NCBI GenBank assembly: GCA_964187785.1
Contig: OZ076409.1
Span: 76,448,001 to 76,512,000, forward strand
Reading direction: 5' to 3'
Origin: Amphiscolops sp. MND2022
Taxonomy: Eukaryota
Length of the DNA: 64,000 bases
The notes beneath the pieces were generated by a model that had not been told where the DNA came from, searched no databases, and saw nothing but the letters and a program-made list of their open reading frames with translations. Each line of letters starts with the position of its first letter. Positions within the stretch are counted from its first letter, which is position 1. Below, one piece after another: positions 24,220-36,932 of this stretch. A program made the position numbers and the translations under genes.

Positions 24220-25495
24220 GTGCAGATCCCCTTTGGGATGCCTTAGTTTCGAGGGCGGGGTAGGGCCCCCAGCCCGAGTCCTAGTAAAAACAACTTAAGG
24301 CGATTTTAACAGTGAGGTATCGATTTTCTAAACGAGCCTTACGATTTGGCTGAAATTTTGCATACGGCTTCCTATAACAATCCTAAGAACTAATCCCTAC
24401 TGGCGTTTTGCCCGGAAAAATCAAAAAGTGGGTCAAAATCTTAGTTTTTTGGTCGAAAAATGGCGTTTTTTTGGAAAAAAATTTTTTAAGAGCCCATATC
24501 TCGCTCCCAGGTGCTCGGAGCGGGTCGCATGTGGACGTTGATATTGCTGGGCACTTCGTAAGGAGTCCGTAGACAAATTTTTGTACAGATCGGATGAAAA
24601 TTGACTGAGTAATAGCCGCAAATCCGACGATTTTTTCAGAAAATTTTCGTACATCTAGTCTATCTCTGCCGTTTTTTGCCCAGATTTTTTTCCAGGACCT
24701 CTCCTAAAGGCCTCCCCTGGCCGGTTTACCTCCCAGAAAAACCATTTGGCCCTTTTGCCGCAGTTTCAGCGTTCCAGAATTCCCCGAGTAAAAGTAAAAT
24801 GACTTAGAATTTTTTCAAAAAAATTTCAAAATTTTTTTTTTCAACTTCAGGCCTCCCAAAGTCAAGGAACTTCCACACAACTAGTATTGCAAGTGAATGC
24901 ATGTGGAAAGTGCTTGAATAGACGAGAAAAATGAGCTATTATAAAACTCTGTAGCTTAACTTGACGTTGACTTATGACAATTTTAGTGTGAGCTTGCTAT
25001 GTGAGAAAAAATTTCAAAAATTGAAAATCGAAGCTAAGTCTCATCCAAAACTCATCGGAATACGTTCAATCCATCCCAAAGCGGTTTATTTCCAGCTATA
25101 TAGTGCAGCAACACCAGTCAAGACCTTTTGACCCATTTATATTAGTTTTGACACCGTCTTATCCGTTTGAAAGTTCGAAACAGTTAAGTACATTCCATCT
25201 CCCCTCCGTGGGAGATGGTAATGTACTCGCAAAAAGCCAAGTACTACCGCCCTATTCTACCCGTAGTGTTGCTAGAAATGTAGTAGCGGGAGCGCCAGGC
25301 TGTTTACAGTAGCCTTTACGGGTGTTGTGACTATGTATTACAAATCTAACTATGTTACTGAACGTGAAAAAAACTGTTTCACTCCAAATTTTTTTTCAAC
25401 TATTTTATGTCATCAATAAAGATATATCCATCCATTTACTACTACCTACCCCATCACCCGCTCCCTCCACTATCTGTTCAACCGTACACGTCTAG
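24220..25495 (+). mobile_element. Non-autonomous module E, 1276 bp
   Basis: GTG...CTAG bounds; related to F and H. Confidence 0.8.
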
Positions 25496-26768
25496 GTGCC
25501 CGGCCCCACAGGCCACATAAATTTCGAGGGCGGGGTAGGGCCCCCAGCCCGAGTCCTAGTAAAAACAACTTAAGGCGATTATAACAGTGAGGTATCGATT
25601 TTCTAAACGAGCCTTACGATTTGGCTGAAATTTTGCATACGGCTTCCTATAACAATCCTAAGAACTAATCCCTACTGGCGTTTTGCCCGGAAAAATCAAA
25701 AAGTGGGTCAAAATCTTAGTTTTTTGGTCGAAAAATAGCGTTTTTTTGGAAAATTTTTTTTTAAGAGCCCATATCTCGCTCCCAGGTGCTCGGAGCGGGT
25801 CGCATGTGGACGTTGATATTGCTGGGCACTTCGTAAGGAGTCCGTAGACAAATTTTCGTACAGATCGGATGAAAATTGACTGAGTAATAGCCGCAAATCC
25901 GACGAATTTTTTCGAAATTTTTGGTGCACCTAGTCTATCTCTGCCGTTTTTTGCCCAGATTTTTTTCCAGGACCTCTCCTAAAGGCCTCCCCTGGCCGGT
26001 TTAGCTCCCAGAAAAACCATTTGGCCCTTTTGCCGCAGTTTCAGCGTTCCAGGATTCCTTGAGTAAAAGTAAAATGACTTAGAATTTTTTCGAAAAATTT
26101 TCAAATTTTTTTTTTCAACTTCAGGCCCCCCAAAGTCAAGAAACTTCCACACAACTAGTATTGCAAGTGGATGCATGTGGAAAGTGCTCGAATAGACGAG
26201 AAAAATGAGCTATTATAAACCTCTGTAGCTCAACCTGACGTTGACTTATGACAATTTTAGTGTGAGCTTGCTATGTGAGAAAAAATGTCAAAAATTGAAA
26301 ATCGAGCTAAGTCTCATCCAAAACTCATCGGAATACGTTCAATCCACCCTAAAGCGGTTTAATTCCAGCTATATAGTGCGCCAACACCATTCAGGGTCGT
26401 TTGACCCATTTTTATAACTTTTGACACCGTCTTATCCATCCGAAAGTTCGAAACAGTTAAGTACATTCCATCTCCCCTCCGTGGGAGATGGTAATGTACT
26501 CGCAAAAAGCCAAGGTCCTACCGCCCTGTTCTATCCGGCGTTGCGCCAAAAATGCAGTAGCATGAGCTCCAGATCGTTTACAGTAGCCTTTACGGGTGTT
26601 GTGACTATGCATTACAAGTCTAACTATGTTACTGAACGTGAAAAATTTGTTTCACTCCAAAATTTTTTCCAACTATTTTATGTCATCAATAAAGATATAT
26701 CCATCCATTTACTACTACCTACCCCATCACCCGCCCCCTCCACAATCTGTTCAACCGTACACGTCTAG
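25496..26768 (+). mobile_element. Non-autonomous module F, 1273 bp
   Basis: Like E but with a different first ~28 nt. Confidence 0.8.
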
Positions 26769-28034
26769 GTGGCCGGGAATTTTTTTTCTGCTCAATTCTT
26801 TGCCAACTGGGGGAGGGGCCCCTGGTGGCTGTTACCCAAAATACATACCTACTAAAATCGTCCGCTCCGGAGACGATCTCGAAAACCAATCCATAACTTT
26901 TTCTGAAACTTTGCATGTGGGCCTAAAATGAGATTGTAAGAACAATGATATAGGCGTCATTTCTGAATTTTTGCAAAAAGTTGGTCAAAAACGCAAAAAA
27001 TGGGTCAAAATTGACCTCTTTTTCAACTTTTTTATTTTTGAGAGCCCATATCTCGGAACGAGGTGGCCGTAGCGAGCCGCATAAAGACTCCGTTTTTGCT
27101 GGGCACTTGATGAGGAGTGCGTGGACAAATTTTCGTCCAAATCGAAGTAAAATTGATTGAGTAATGAGTGATTTTTTGACGACCTTTTTTGCGAACCCCC
27201 TTGTATCTCTGCCATTTTCCGCCAAAATTTTCAAAAGTGCTTCTACAGGAGGCAACCCCTGCCCAATTTTCTGCAAAACAAAACCATTTGGCCCTAAATA
27301 CGAGGTTTCAGCGTTCTAGCATTCTCCGGTGAAAAGTTATAGGACTTAGAAATTTGTCAGTGAAACGCAAAATTTGTAAAGTCAACTTCCGGTGCCCAAA
27401 AGTCACAAAACTTTCACACAACTAGTATTGCAAGTGAATGCATGTGGAAAGTACTGAAATAGACGAGAAAAATGAGCTATAGAACGACTCTCTACCTTAA
27501 CCTGACGTTGACTTATGATGTTTTGAATGTGAGCATCCTATCTGATTTTAATGTCAAAAATGAGATTTTGTAAGTCATGTCTCATCAAAAACTCATCGGA
27601 ATACGTTCAATCATCTCTATAGCTGTTCAATTGCCGTAGCTTAGTACAGGAACGCCATTGAATGTCTTTGGACCCATTTTGAAAATTATCGATACCGTCT
27701 TATTCGTCCGATATCACGAAACAGTTGAGTACATTCCATCTCCCTCTTTAGGGGGAGATGAGAATGTACTCGCTAAAGAGCTGGTACAATGGCCCATATT
27801 TGTTTTTAACTGACGCTTCTCATGATATTTCACACGTACACCTCTATTTGGTAACACATTTTCCTTTGCACCATGTTTATATATGCTAAACCACTTCTTT
27901 ACCTTACTATTTCTACTCAAACATTACAACGTCAACGCCACATACTCGCATCAACGCCCACCGTCCGTAGGCATGCCGAGGCATGCCTTTCGACGACGTA
28001 TACCTAGTATACGCGTTAGCGCGGTAGCCGCTAG
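26769..28034 (+). mobile_element. Non-autonomous module G, 1266 bp
   Basis: GTG...CTAG bounds; more divergent interior. Confidence 0.8.
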
Positions 28035-29307
28035 GTGCCGATCCCCTTTGGGATGCCTTAGTTTCGAGGGCGGGGTAGGGCCCCCTGCCCGAGTCTAGTA
28101 TAAACAACGTAAGGCGATTTTAACAGTGAGGTATCGATTTTCTAAACGAGCCATACGATTTGGCTGAAATTTTGCATACGGCTTCCTATAACAATCCTAA
28201 GAACTAATCCCTACTGGCGTTTTGCCCGGAAAAATCAAAAAGTGGGTCAAAATCTTAGTTTTTTGGTCAAAAAATGGCGTTTTTTTGGAAAATTTTTCTT
28301 TAAGAGTCAATATCTCGTTCCACAGGCCCCGGATCAAAAAGTGTACAATTGTTCGCACGTTAGGCACTTCATGAACTGTCCGTAGACAAATTTTCGTCCA
28401 GATCAGATTAAAATTGACTGAGTAATAGCCGTCATTGGGACGCATTTTTTCGACTTTTTTCGAAAACCTAGTCTATCTCTGCCGTTTTTTGCCCAGATTT
28501 TTTTCCAGGACCTCTCCTAAAGGCCTCCCCTGGCCGGTTTACCTCCCAGAAAAACCATTTGGCCCTTTTGCCGCAGTTTCAGCGTTCCAGGATTCCCCGG
28601 GTAAAAGTAAAATGTCTTAGAATTTTTTCGAAAAATTTTCAAACTTTTTTTTTTCAACTTCAAGCCTCCCAAAGTCAGGAAACGTCCACACAACTAGTAT
28701 TGCAAGTGAATGCATGTGGAAAGTGCTCGAATAGACGAGAAAAATGAGCTATTATAAACTTCTGTAGCTCAACCTGACGTTGACTTATGACAATTTTAGT
28801 GTGAGCTTGCTATATGGTAAAAAAATTCAAAAATTGAAAATCGAAGTTAAGTCTCATCCAAAACTCATCGGAATACGTTCAATCCATCCCAAAGCGGTTT
28901 ATTTCCAGCTATAGAGTGCAGCAACACCGTTCAAGGTCATTTGACCCATTTTAATAGGTTTTGACTCTGTCTTATCCATCCGATAGTTCGAAACAGTTGA
29001 GTACATTCCATCTCCCCTCCGTGGGAGATGGTAATGTACTCGCAAAAAGTCAAGGTCCTACCACCCTATTCTACCCGGAGTGGTGCTAGCAATGCAGTAG
29101 CGTGAGCCCCAGGTTGTTTGCAGTAGCCTTTACGTATGTTGTGACTATGTATTACAATTCTAACTCTGTTACTAAACATTAAAAAATTGTTTCAATCTCA
29201 ATTTTTTTTTCAACTTTAGTATGTCACCAATAAACATATATCCATCTTTCCTACTACAACCACCCTACCACCGGCCCCTTGTCCACTGTTCAACCGTGCA
29301 CGTCTAG
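28035..29307 (+). mobile_element. Non-autonomous module H, 1273 bp
   Basis: E-like 5' end and CCGTGCACGTCTAG 3' end. Confidence 0.8.
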
Positions 29308-30560
29308 GTGGTCGGTATTCTTTACTACCTCATGCTCTGAGGGCGGGGTAGGGCCCCTCGCCCGATCCTAATCCTTAGGATTTTAAACATAAGGCCAATA
29401 ATCCAAATGAAAGCGATCTCGAAAACTAACCTTACGATTTGGCTGAAATTTTGCATGCGGCTCCCTATGACAGATATAAGAACAAATCCCTACTGGCATT
29501 TTGCTGGGAAAATTCAGTTTTTGGGTCAAAATCACTATTTTAGGTCCAAAAAATGGCGTTTTTTCGGAAAATTTTTTTTCAAGAGCCAATATCTCGCTCC
29601 CAGGTGCTCGGAGCGGGTCGCATGTGGACGTCGATATTGCTAGGCACTTCGTAAGGAGTCCGTAGACAAATTTTCGTACAGATCGGATGAAAATTGACTT
29701 AGTAATAAAAAACTTTGATTTGCATTTTTTCGAAAATTTATGAAATCCTAGTGTATCTCTGCCGTTTTTTGCCCAGATTTTTTTCCAAGACCTCTCCTAA
29801 AGGCCTCCCCTGGCCGGTTTACCTCCCAGAAAAACCATTTGGCCCTTTTGCCGCAGTTTCAGCAATCCAGGATTCCCCGGGTAAAAGTAAAATGACTTAG
29901 AATTTTTTCGAAAAATTTTCAATTTTTTTTTCAACTTTAGGCCTCCCAAAGTCAAGAAACGTCCACACAACTAGTATTGCAAGTGAATGCATGTGGAAAG
30001 TGCTCGAATAGACGAGAAAAATGAGCTATTATAAACCTCTGTAGGTCAACCTGACGTTGACTTATGACAATTTTAGTGTGAGCTTGCTAAGTGACAAAAA
30101 ATTTCAAAAATTGAAAATCGAAGCATAGTCTCATCCAAACTCCTCGGAATACGTTCAATCCAAGCCAGAGCGGATTAAATCCAGCTATATAGTGCAGCAA
30201 CACCATTCAAGTTGTTTTTGACTCCTTTTAATAAGTTTTGACACTGTCTTATTCATCCGAATGTTCGAAACAGTCAAGTACATTCCATCTCCCTTTAGGG
30301 AGATGGTAATGTACTCACCAAAAACCAAGTAATATTGCCCTTTTTATACCTGGAAAGGCCCTAGAAATGCAGTAGCGTGAGCTCCAGGTCGTTTGCAGTA
30401 GCCTTCACGTGTGTTGTGACTTTGCTATAAAACTAACTATGTTACTAAAAGTGAAAAAAATTTCTCTTCAAAAAACTATTATATTTACACGTTTTGTTGT
30501 CAAATACAACTACTAAACAAATAGCGCCCCCTTGTCTACTGTTCAACCGTGCACGTCTAG
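29308..30560 (+). mobile_element. Non-autonomous module I, 1253 bp (same termini as the autonomous element)
   Basis: Apparently identical to 33111-34363; first ~770 bp match 4977-5750. Confidence 0.85.
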
Positions 30561-31841
30561 GTGGTCCGGTACACTACCAACAAAACATTGTCGCGAGCAA
30601 CGGGGAGGGTCCTGTAGCGAGCTTTATAGGAAAAAAACGGCGGAGCATATATACTAGGCAACATCGGCACTTTTACCCACGATCTCTGAAATGAACCATA
30701 CGATCCGGCTCAAAATTTGCATACGGCTTCCTCTAGCGATTCTAAGAACTTTTCCCTACTGGCATTTTGCCCGGAAAATTCAAAAAGTGGGTCAAAATCT
30801 TAGTTTTTTGGTCGAAAAATGGCGTTTTTTTGGAAAAAATTTTTTTAAGAGCCCATATCTCGCTCCCAGGTGCTCGGAGCGGGTCGCATGTGGACGTTGA
30901 TATTGCTGGGCACTTCTTAAGGAGTCCGTAGACAAATTTTCGTACAGATCGGATGAAAATTGACTGAGTAATAGCCGCAAATCCGACGAATTTTTCAGAA
31001 AATTTTGGTACACCTAGTCTATCTCTGCCGTTTTTTGCCCAGATTTTTTTCCAGGACCTCTCCTAAAGGCCTCCCCTGGCCGGTTTACCTCCCAGAAAAA
31101 CCATTTGGCCCTTTTGCCGCAGTTTCAGCGTTCCAGGATTCCCCGGGTAAAAGATAAATGACTTAGAATTTTTTCGAAAATTTTTCAAAATTTTTTTTTT
31201 CAACTTCAGGCCCCCCAAAGTCAAGAAACTTCCACACAACTAGTATTGCAAGTGAATGCATGTGGAAAGTGCTCGAATAGACGAGAAAAATGAGCTATTA
31301 TAAAGTTCTGTAGCTTAACCTGACGTTGACTTATGACAATTTTAGTGTGAGCTTGCTATGTGAGAAAAAAATTTCATAAATTGAAAATCGAAGCTAAGTC
31401 TCATCGGAATACGTTCAGTGGACCCCAGCGCTGTTTAAATGCCGCTGTTTAGTGCAGCAACGCCCTTTAAGGTCATTTGATCCATTTTTTACAGGTTTTG
31501 ACACCGTCTTATCCATTCGAAAGTTCGAAAGAGTTGTGTACATTCCATCTCCCCCCTTCTATGGGGGAGATGGTAATGTACACGCAAAAAGCCAAGTACT
31601 ACTGTTCTTTTTATACTTGGAGTGGCCTCGGCAATGCAGTAGCGGGAGCTCCAGGTCGTTTGCCGTAGCCTTATTGTCTGTTTAGACTTTGCTACAACAG
31701 AAACTATGTTACTGAACATGAAAAAGATTGTTTCAATCCAAATGTTTTTTCAAATAATAATACCAAATAACACATGTCCATATATCCACTATTGCCACTA
31801 AATACTGGCGCATCGTCGCACAACGAAGCCTGCAGCGCTAG
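30561..31841 (+). mobile_element. Non-autonomous module A', 1281 bp
   Basis: Near-identical to 19127-20405. Confidence 0.85.
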
Positions 31842-33110
31842 GTGGCCGGGAATTTTTTTTTCAGCAAAATCTTTGCCGCTGGGGGAGGGGCCCCGGGCGG
31901 CTGTTAACCGGAATTCATACTATGCAAAACCTATCACAATTCTCAGATCTCAGGATCCAGCCTGTAGGATTCGCTCAAATTTGGCACAGAGCCTCCTTGA
32001 AAGATTATAAGAACTTTTTCCTATTGGCGTTTTTCGATTGAAATATTTTATGTTGACCAAAATTGCGTTTAAAATGCCCATTGTTGCGTTTTTATTGTCT
32101 TTTACGAATTTGACGGTCCATAACTTTTTTTGAGGTGCTCGGAGCGGGTCGCACGTGGAGAGCAATAAAACTCAGCACTAAAAGGGGAGTGCGTGAACAA
32201 AATTTCGTCCTAATCGGATGAAAATTGAATGAGTAATAGCCGCAAATTTGGCGCATTTTGTCGACTTTTTTCGAAAACCCAGTCTATCTCTGCCGTTTTT
32301 TGCCCAGATTTTTTTCCAGGTCCTCGCCTAAAGGCCTCCCCTGGCCTGTTTACATCCCAAAAAAGCCATTTGGCCCTTTTGCCGCAGTTTCAGCGTTCCA
32401 GCGTTTCCCGAATAGAAGATAAATGACTTAGAATTTTTTCAAAAAAAGGTTCAAATATATTTTTTTCAATTTCAGGCCTCCCAAAGTCAAGAAACTTCCA
32501 CACAACTAGTATTGCAAGTGAATGCATGTGGAAAGTGCTTGAATAGACGAGGAAAATGAGCTATTATAAAACTCTGTAGCTTAACCTGACGTTGACTTGT
32601 GACATTTTTAGTGTGAGCTTCCTATGTGCTAAAAAATCAAAAAACGTAAGTCTCTTTGAAAACAAATCGGAATACGTCCAGTCAACCCCAGAGCTGGTAA
32701 ATTGCCGTTGTCTAGTGCAGCAACGCCATTTAGAGTCTTTTGACCCACTTTGATACCGTTTTGATACCGTCTTATTCATCCGATAGCACAAAACTGTTGC
32801 GTACATTCCATCTCCCCCTTTGTGGGGGAGATGAGAATGTACCCGCTAAATGACACGCACAATGGCGCAATTTTATTTTTATACAATGTTTTCTAGGCTG
32901 TCGCGCAAGCCCACTAATATTTAGACTGGTTTCTTTCTCTTTCACTCCAAACTTTCCCTACTAACCACCTTACACACCATCAGCTCAACGTTACTTCTGT
33001 AACGTCAACGCCACATACTCGCATCAACGCCCACCGTCCGTGGGCATGCCGAGGCATGCCCTTCGACGACGTATGCCCATTAGCGCCACAGGGCGCCCAA
33101 TTTTTTCTAG
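31842..33110 (+). mobile_element. Non-autonomous module J, 1269 bp
   Basis: GTG...CTAG bounds and shared motifs. Confidence 0.8.
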
Positions 33111-34363
33111 GTGGTCGGTATTCTTTACTACCTCATGCTCTGAGGGCGGGGTAGGGCCCCTCGCCCGATCCTAATCCTTAGGATTTTAAACATAAGGCCA
33201 ATAATCCAAATGAAAGCGATCTCGAAAACTAACCTTACGATTTGGCTGAAATTTTGCATGCGGCTCCCTATGACAGATATAAGAACAAATCCCTACTGGC
33301 ATTTTGCTGGGAAAATTCAGTTTTTGGGTCAAAATCACTATTTTAGGTCCAAAAAATGGCGTTTTTTCGGAAAATTTTTTTTCAAGAGCCAATATCTCGC
33401 TCCCAGGTGCTCGGAGCGGGTCGCATGTGGACGTCGATATTGCTAGGCACTTCGTAAGGAGTCCGTAGACAAATTTTCGTACAGATCGGATGAAAATTGA
33501 CTTAGTAATAAAAAACTTTGATTTGCATTTTTTCGAAAATTTATGAAATCCTAGTGTATCTCTGCCGTTTTTTGCCCAGATTTTTTTCCAAGACCTCTCC
33601 TAAAGGCCTCCCCTGGCCGGTTTACCTCCCAGAAAAACCATTTGGCCCTTTTGCCGCAGTTTCAGCAATCCAGGATTCCCCGGGTAAAAGTAAAATGACT
33701 TAGAATTTTTTCGAAAAATTTTCAATTTTTTTTTCAACTTTAGGCCTCCCAAAGTCAAGAAACGTCCACACAACTAGTATTGCAAGTGAATGCATGTGGA
33801 AAGTGCTCGAATAGACGAGAAAAATGAGCTATTATAAACCTCTGTAGGTCAACCTGACGTTGACTTATGACAATTTTAGTGTGAGCTTGCTAAGTGACAA
33901 AAAATTTCAAAAATTGAAAATCGAAGCATAGTCTCATCCAAACTCCTCGGAATACGTTCAATCCAAGCCAGAGCGGATTAAATCCAGCTATATAGTGCAG
34001 CAACACCATTCAAGTTGTTTTTGACTCCTTTTAATAAGTTTTGACACTGTCTTATTCATCCGAATGTTCGAAACAGTCAAGTACATTCCATCTCCCTTTA
34101 GGGAGATGGTAATGTACTCACCAAAAACCAAGTAATATTGCCCTTTTTATACCTGGAAAGGCCCTAGAAATGCAGTAGCGTGAGCTCCAGGTCGTTTGCA
34201 GTAGCCTTCACGTGTGTTGTGACTTTGCTATAAAACTAACTATGTTACTAAAAGTGAAAAAAATTTCTCTTCAAAAAACTATTATATTTACACGTTTTGT
34301 TGTCAAATACAACTACTAAACAAATAGCGCCCCCTTGTCTACTGTTCAACCGTGCACGTCTAG
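33111..34363 (+). mobile_element. Non-autonomous module I', 1253 bp
   Basis: Copy of 29308-30560 with different neighbours on both sides. Confidence 0.85.
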
Positions 34364-35652
34364 GTGGCCGGAAATTTTTTTTTTCATCAAAATCTTTGCC
34401 ATTGGGGGAGGGGCCCCGGATGGCCAGTAGTACGGGATAGCTTCCTACCAAATCCAGGCGGAAAAAACGTGATTTTGGAAACTAGCCGTCAGAATTTGCT
34501 CAAATTTTGCATACGGCTTCCTATAACAATCCTAAGAACTAATCCCTACTGGCATTTTGCCCAAAAAACGCAAAAAGTTGGTCAAAATCTTAGTTTTTTG
34601 GTCAAAAAATGGCGTTTTTTCGAAAAAAAAATTTTTCAGAGACAATTACTCGTAACTGGTTCACCCAGCACAAAAACGCTTAGCTGATTTATTGTTGGGC
34701 ACTTCATGAGGAGTGCGTATACAAATTTTCGTCCAGATCGGAAAAAAATTGACTAAGTATTAGCCGGAATTCGGACGCATTTTTTCGCAAATTTTTGAAA
34801 ACCTAGTCTATCTCTGCCGTTTTTTGCCCAGATTTTTTTCCAGGTCCTCTCCTAAAGGCCTCCCCTGGCCGGTTTACTTCCCAGAAAAACCATTTGGCCC
34901 TAAATACGGAGTTTCAGCGTTCTAGCATTCCCGGGCGAAAAGATATGGGACTTAGAAAAAATTCAAAATTTTTCAAAAATTTTTTTTTTCGTTTTCCGGC
35001 CCCCCAATGAAGGGGAACGACCCCCCCAACGAGGATTTTTGGTGAATTCACGTGGAAAGGCCTTGTTTTGTGGAGCAAATTGCCGTTTAGAGCGACTTTT
35101 CATCTTAACTTGACGTTGACCTCTGTCGTTTTGAATTTGATATTAGTATGTGTTGAGCATGTGAAAAGTTGATGATTTCAGTTGTTCTCTCGTGTTCAAG
35201 CCATTGAGATACAAGCGGTAGTGATCAAAATGTGATTTATCGCAATTTGGTGGTGCTTTTGGTGTATTTTGATTCTTTTAAATAAAAAGTTGGTCTTCAT
35301 ATATTTGGTGTATTGATTCAAATGAACAAGAAACAGTTGAGTACATTTCATCTCCCCCCTTGTGGGGGAGATGAGGATGTACCCGCTAAATGACACGCAC
35401 AATGGCCCAATTTCATTTTTATGCGACGTTTTCTAGGCTTTTGCGCAAGCCCACCAAAATTTAAACTGGTTTCTTTTTCTTTTACTTCAAAATTTTCCGT
35501 ACTAACCACCTTACGCACCACCAGCTCAACGTAACATCTGTAACGTCAACGCCACACACTCTCACTAACGCCCACCGTCCGTGGGCATGCCGAGGCATGC
35601 CCTTCGACGACGTATGCCAAATAGCGCCACAGGGCGCAAACTTGTCCGCTAG
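34364..35652 (+). mobile_element. Non-autonomous module K, 1289 bp
   Basis: GTG...CTAG bounds and shared motifs. Confidence 0.8.
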
Positions 35653-36932
35653 GTGCCGGGATTTCTATTCGATAAAGTAAGTTGCGCGATTGGGTAGGGC
35701 CCCGTGAGCGCGCCCGTGTCTGTGTTTTTTGAACCTGAATTTGCGGGTGCCAAAATAGACGATCTCCTAAACTATCCATACGATTTGGCTCAAATTTGGC
35801 ATACGGGTTCCTGAGACAGATATAAGAACTAATTCCTACTGGTGTTTTGCCCGGAAAATTTTTTTTGTTGCGCAAACTTGAAATTTTTGACAAAAAAATG
35901 CGATTTTTTTTGAAAAATTTTTTTTGAGATGCCATATCTTTTTTCAGGGTGCCCGGAGCGGGACGCGTTAAACTGATTATAAACTCTACGGTTCATGGGC
36001 TGTACGGGGAACCTATTTTTGTTGGAATCCGACTTGTAGATTTTGAGATATATTATCAAATTTGGGTGTTTTTTTTCCAATTTTTCGAAAAACCTGGTTT
36101 ATCTCTGCCGTTTTTTGCCCAGATTTTTTTCTAGACCCTCTCCTAAAGGCCTCCCCTGGCCGGATTACGTCCCAGCAAAACCATTTGGCCCTAAATACGA
36201 AGTTTCAGCGTTCTAGCATTCTCGGGCGAAAAGTTGTGGGACTTAGAAAATTTTTTTTTAAAACGCAAAATGTGTAAAGTCAACTTCAGGCCTCCCAAAG
36301 TCAAGGAACTTCCACACAACTAGGATTGCAAGTGGATGCATGTGGAAAGTGCTTGAATAGGCGAGGAAAATGAGCTATTATAAAACTCTGTAGCTAAACC
36401 TGATGTTGACTTATGACAATTTTAGTGTGAGCTTGCTGTGTGAAAAAAAATTTCAAAAATTGAAAATCGAAGCTAAGTCTCATCCAAAACTCATCGGAAT
36501 ACGTTCAATCCATTCCAAAGCCGTTTACTTCCAGCTATAGACTGCAGCAACATTATTCAAGACCATTGTACCCCTTTATATTAGTTTTGACATTGTATTA
36601 TTCATCCGAGAGCACAAAGCAGTTGAGTACATTCCATCTCCCTTTCGGGGGAGATGAGAATGTACTCGCTAAAGAACAGGTACTACAGCCAATTTTTGTA
36701 TTTATGCGAAGCCATTCAATGCTATTGCACATAACAACTATGCTATTGACTTAATTTTGCCTACATTTTGCTATGACATATGCTAAACGTTTGGTCCTTA
36801 CAACAACATACACATGACTAACGTCAACACCACATACTGTTACCAACGCCCACCGTCCGTGGGCATGCCGAGGCATGCCCTTCGACGACGTATGCCAAAT
36901 ACCTTCCAGCGACGCTCGCGCTCCCCGGCTAG
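35653..36932 (+). mobile_element. Non-autonomous module D', 1280 bp
   Basis: Copy of 22941-24219 with different neighbours on both sides. Confidence 0.85.

Noticed and set aside
19127..36932. Ordinary satellite or higher-order repeat
   Set aside because: Module order is not periodic, duplicates have different neighbours, and one module carries a transposase.
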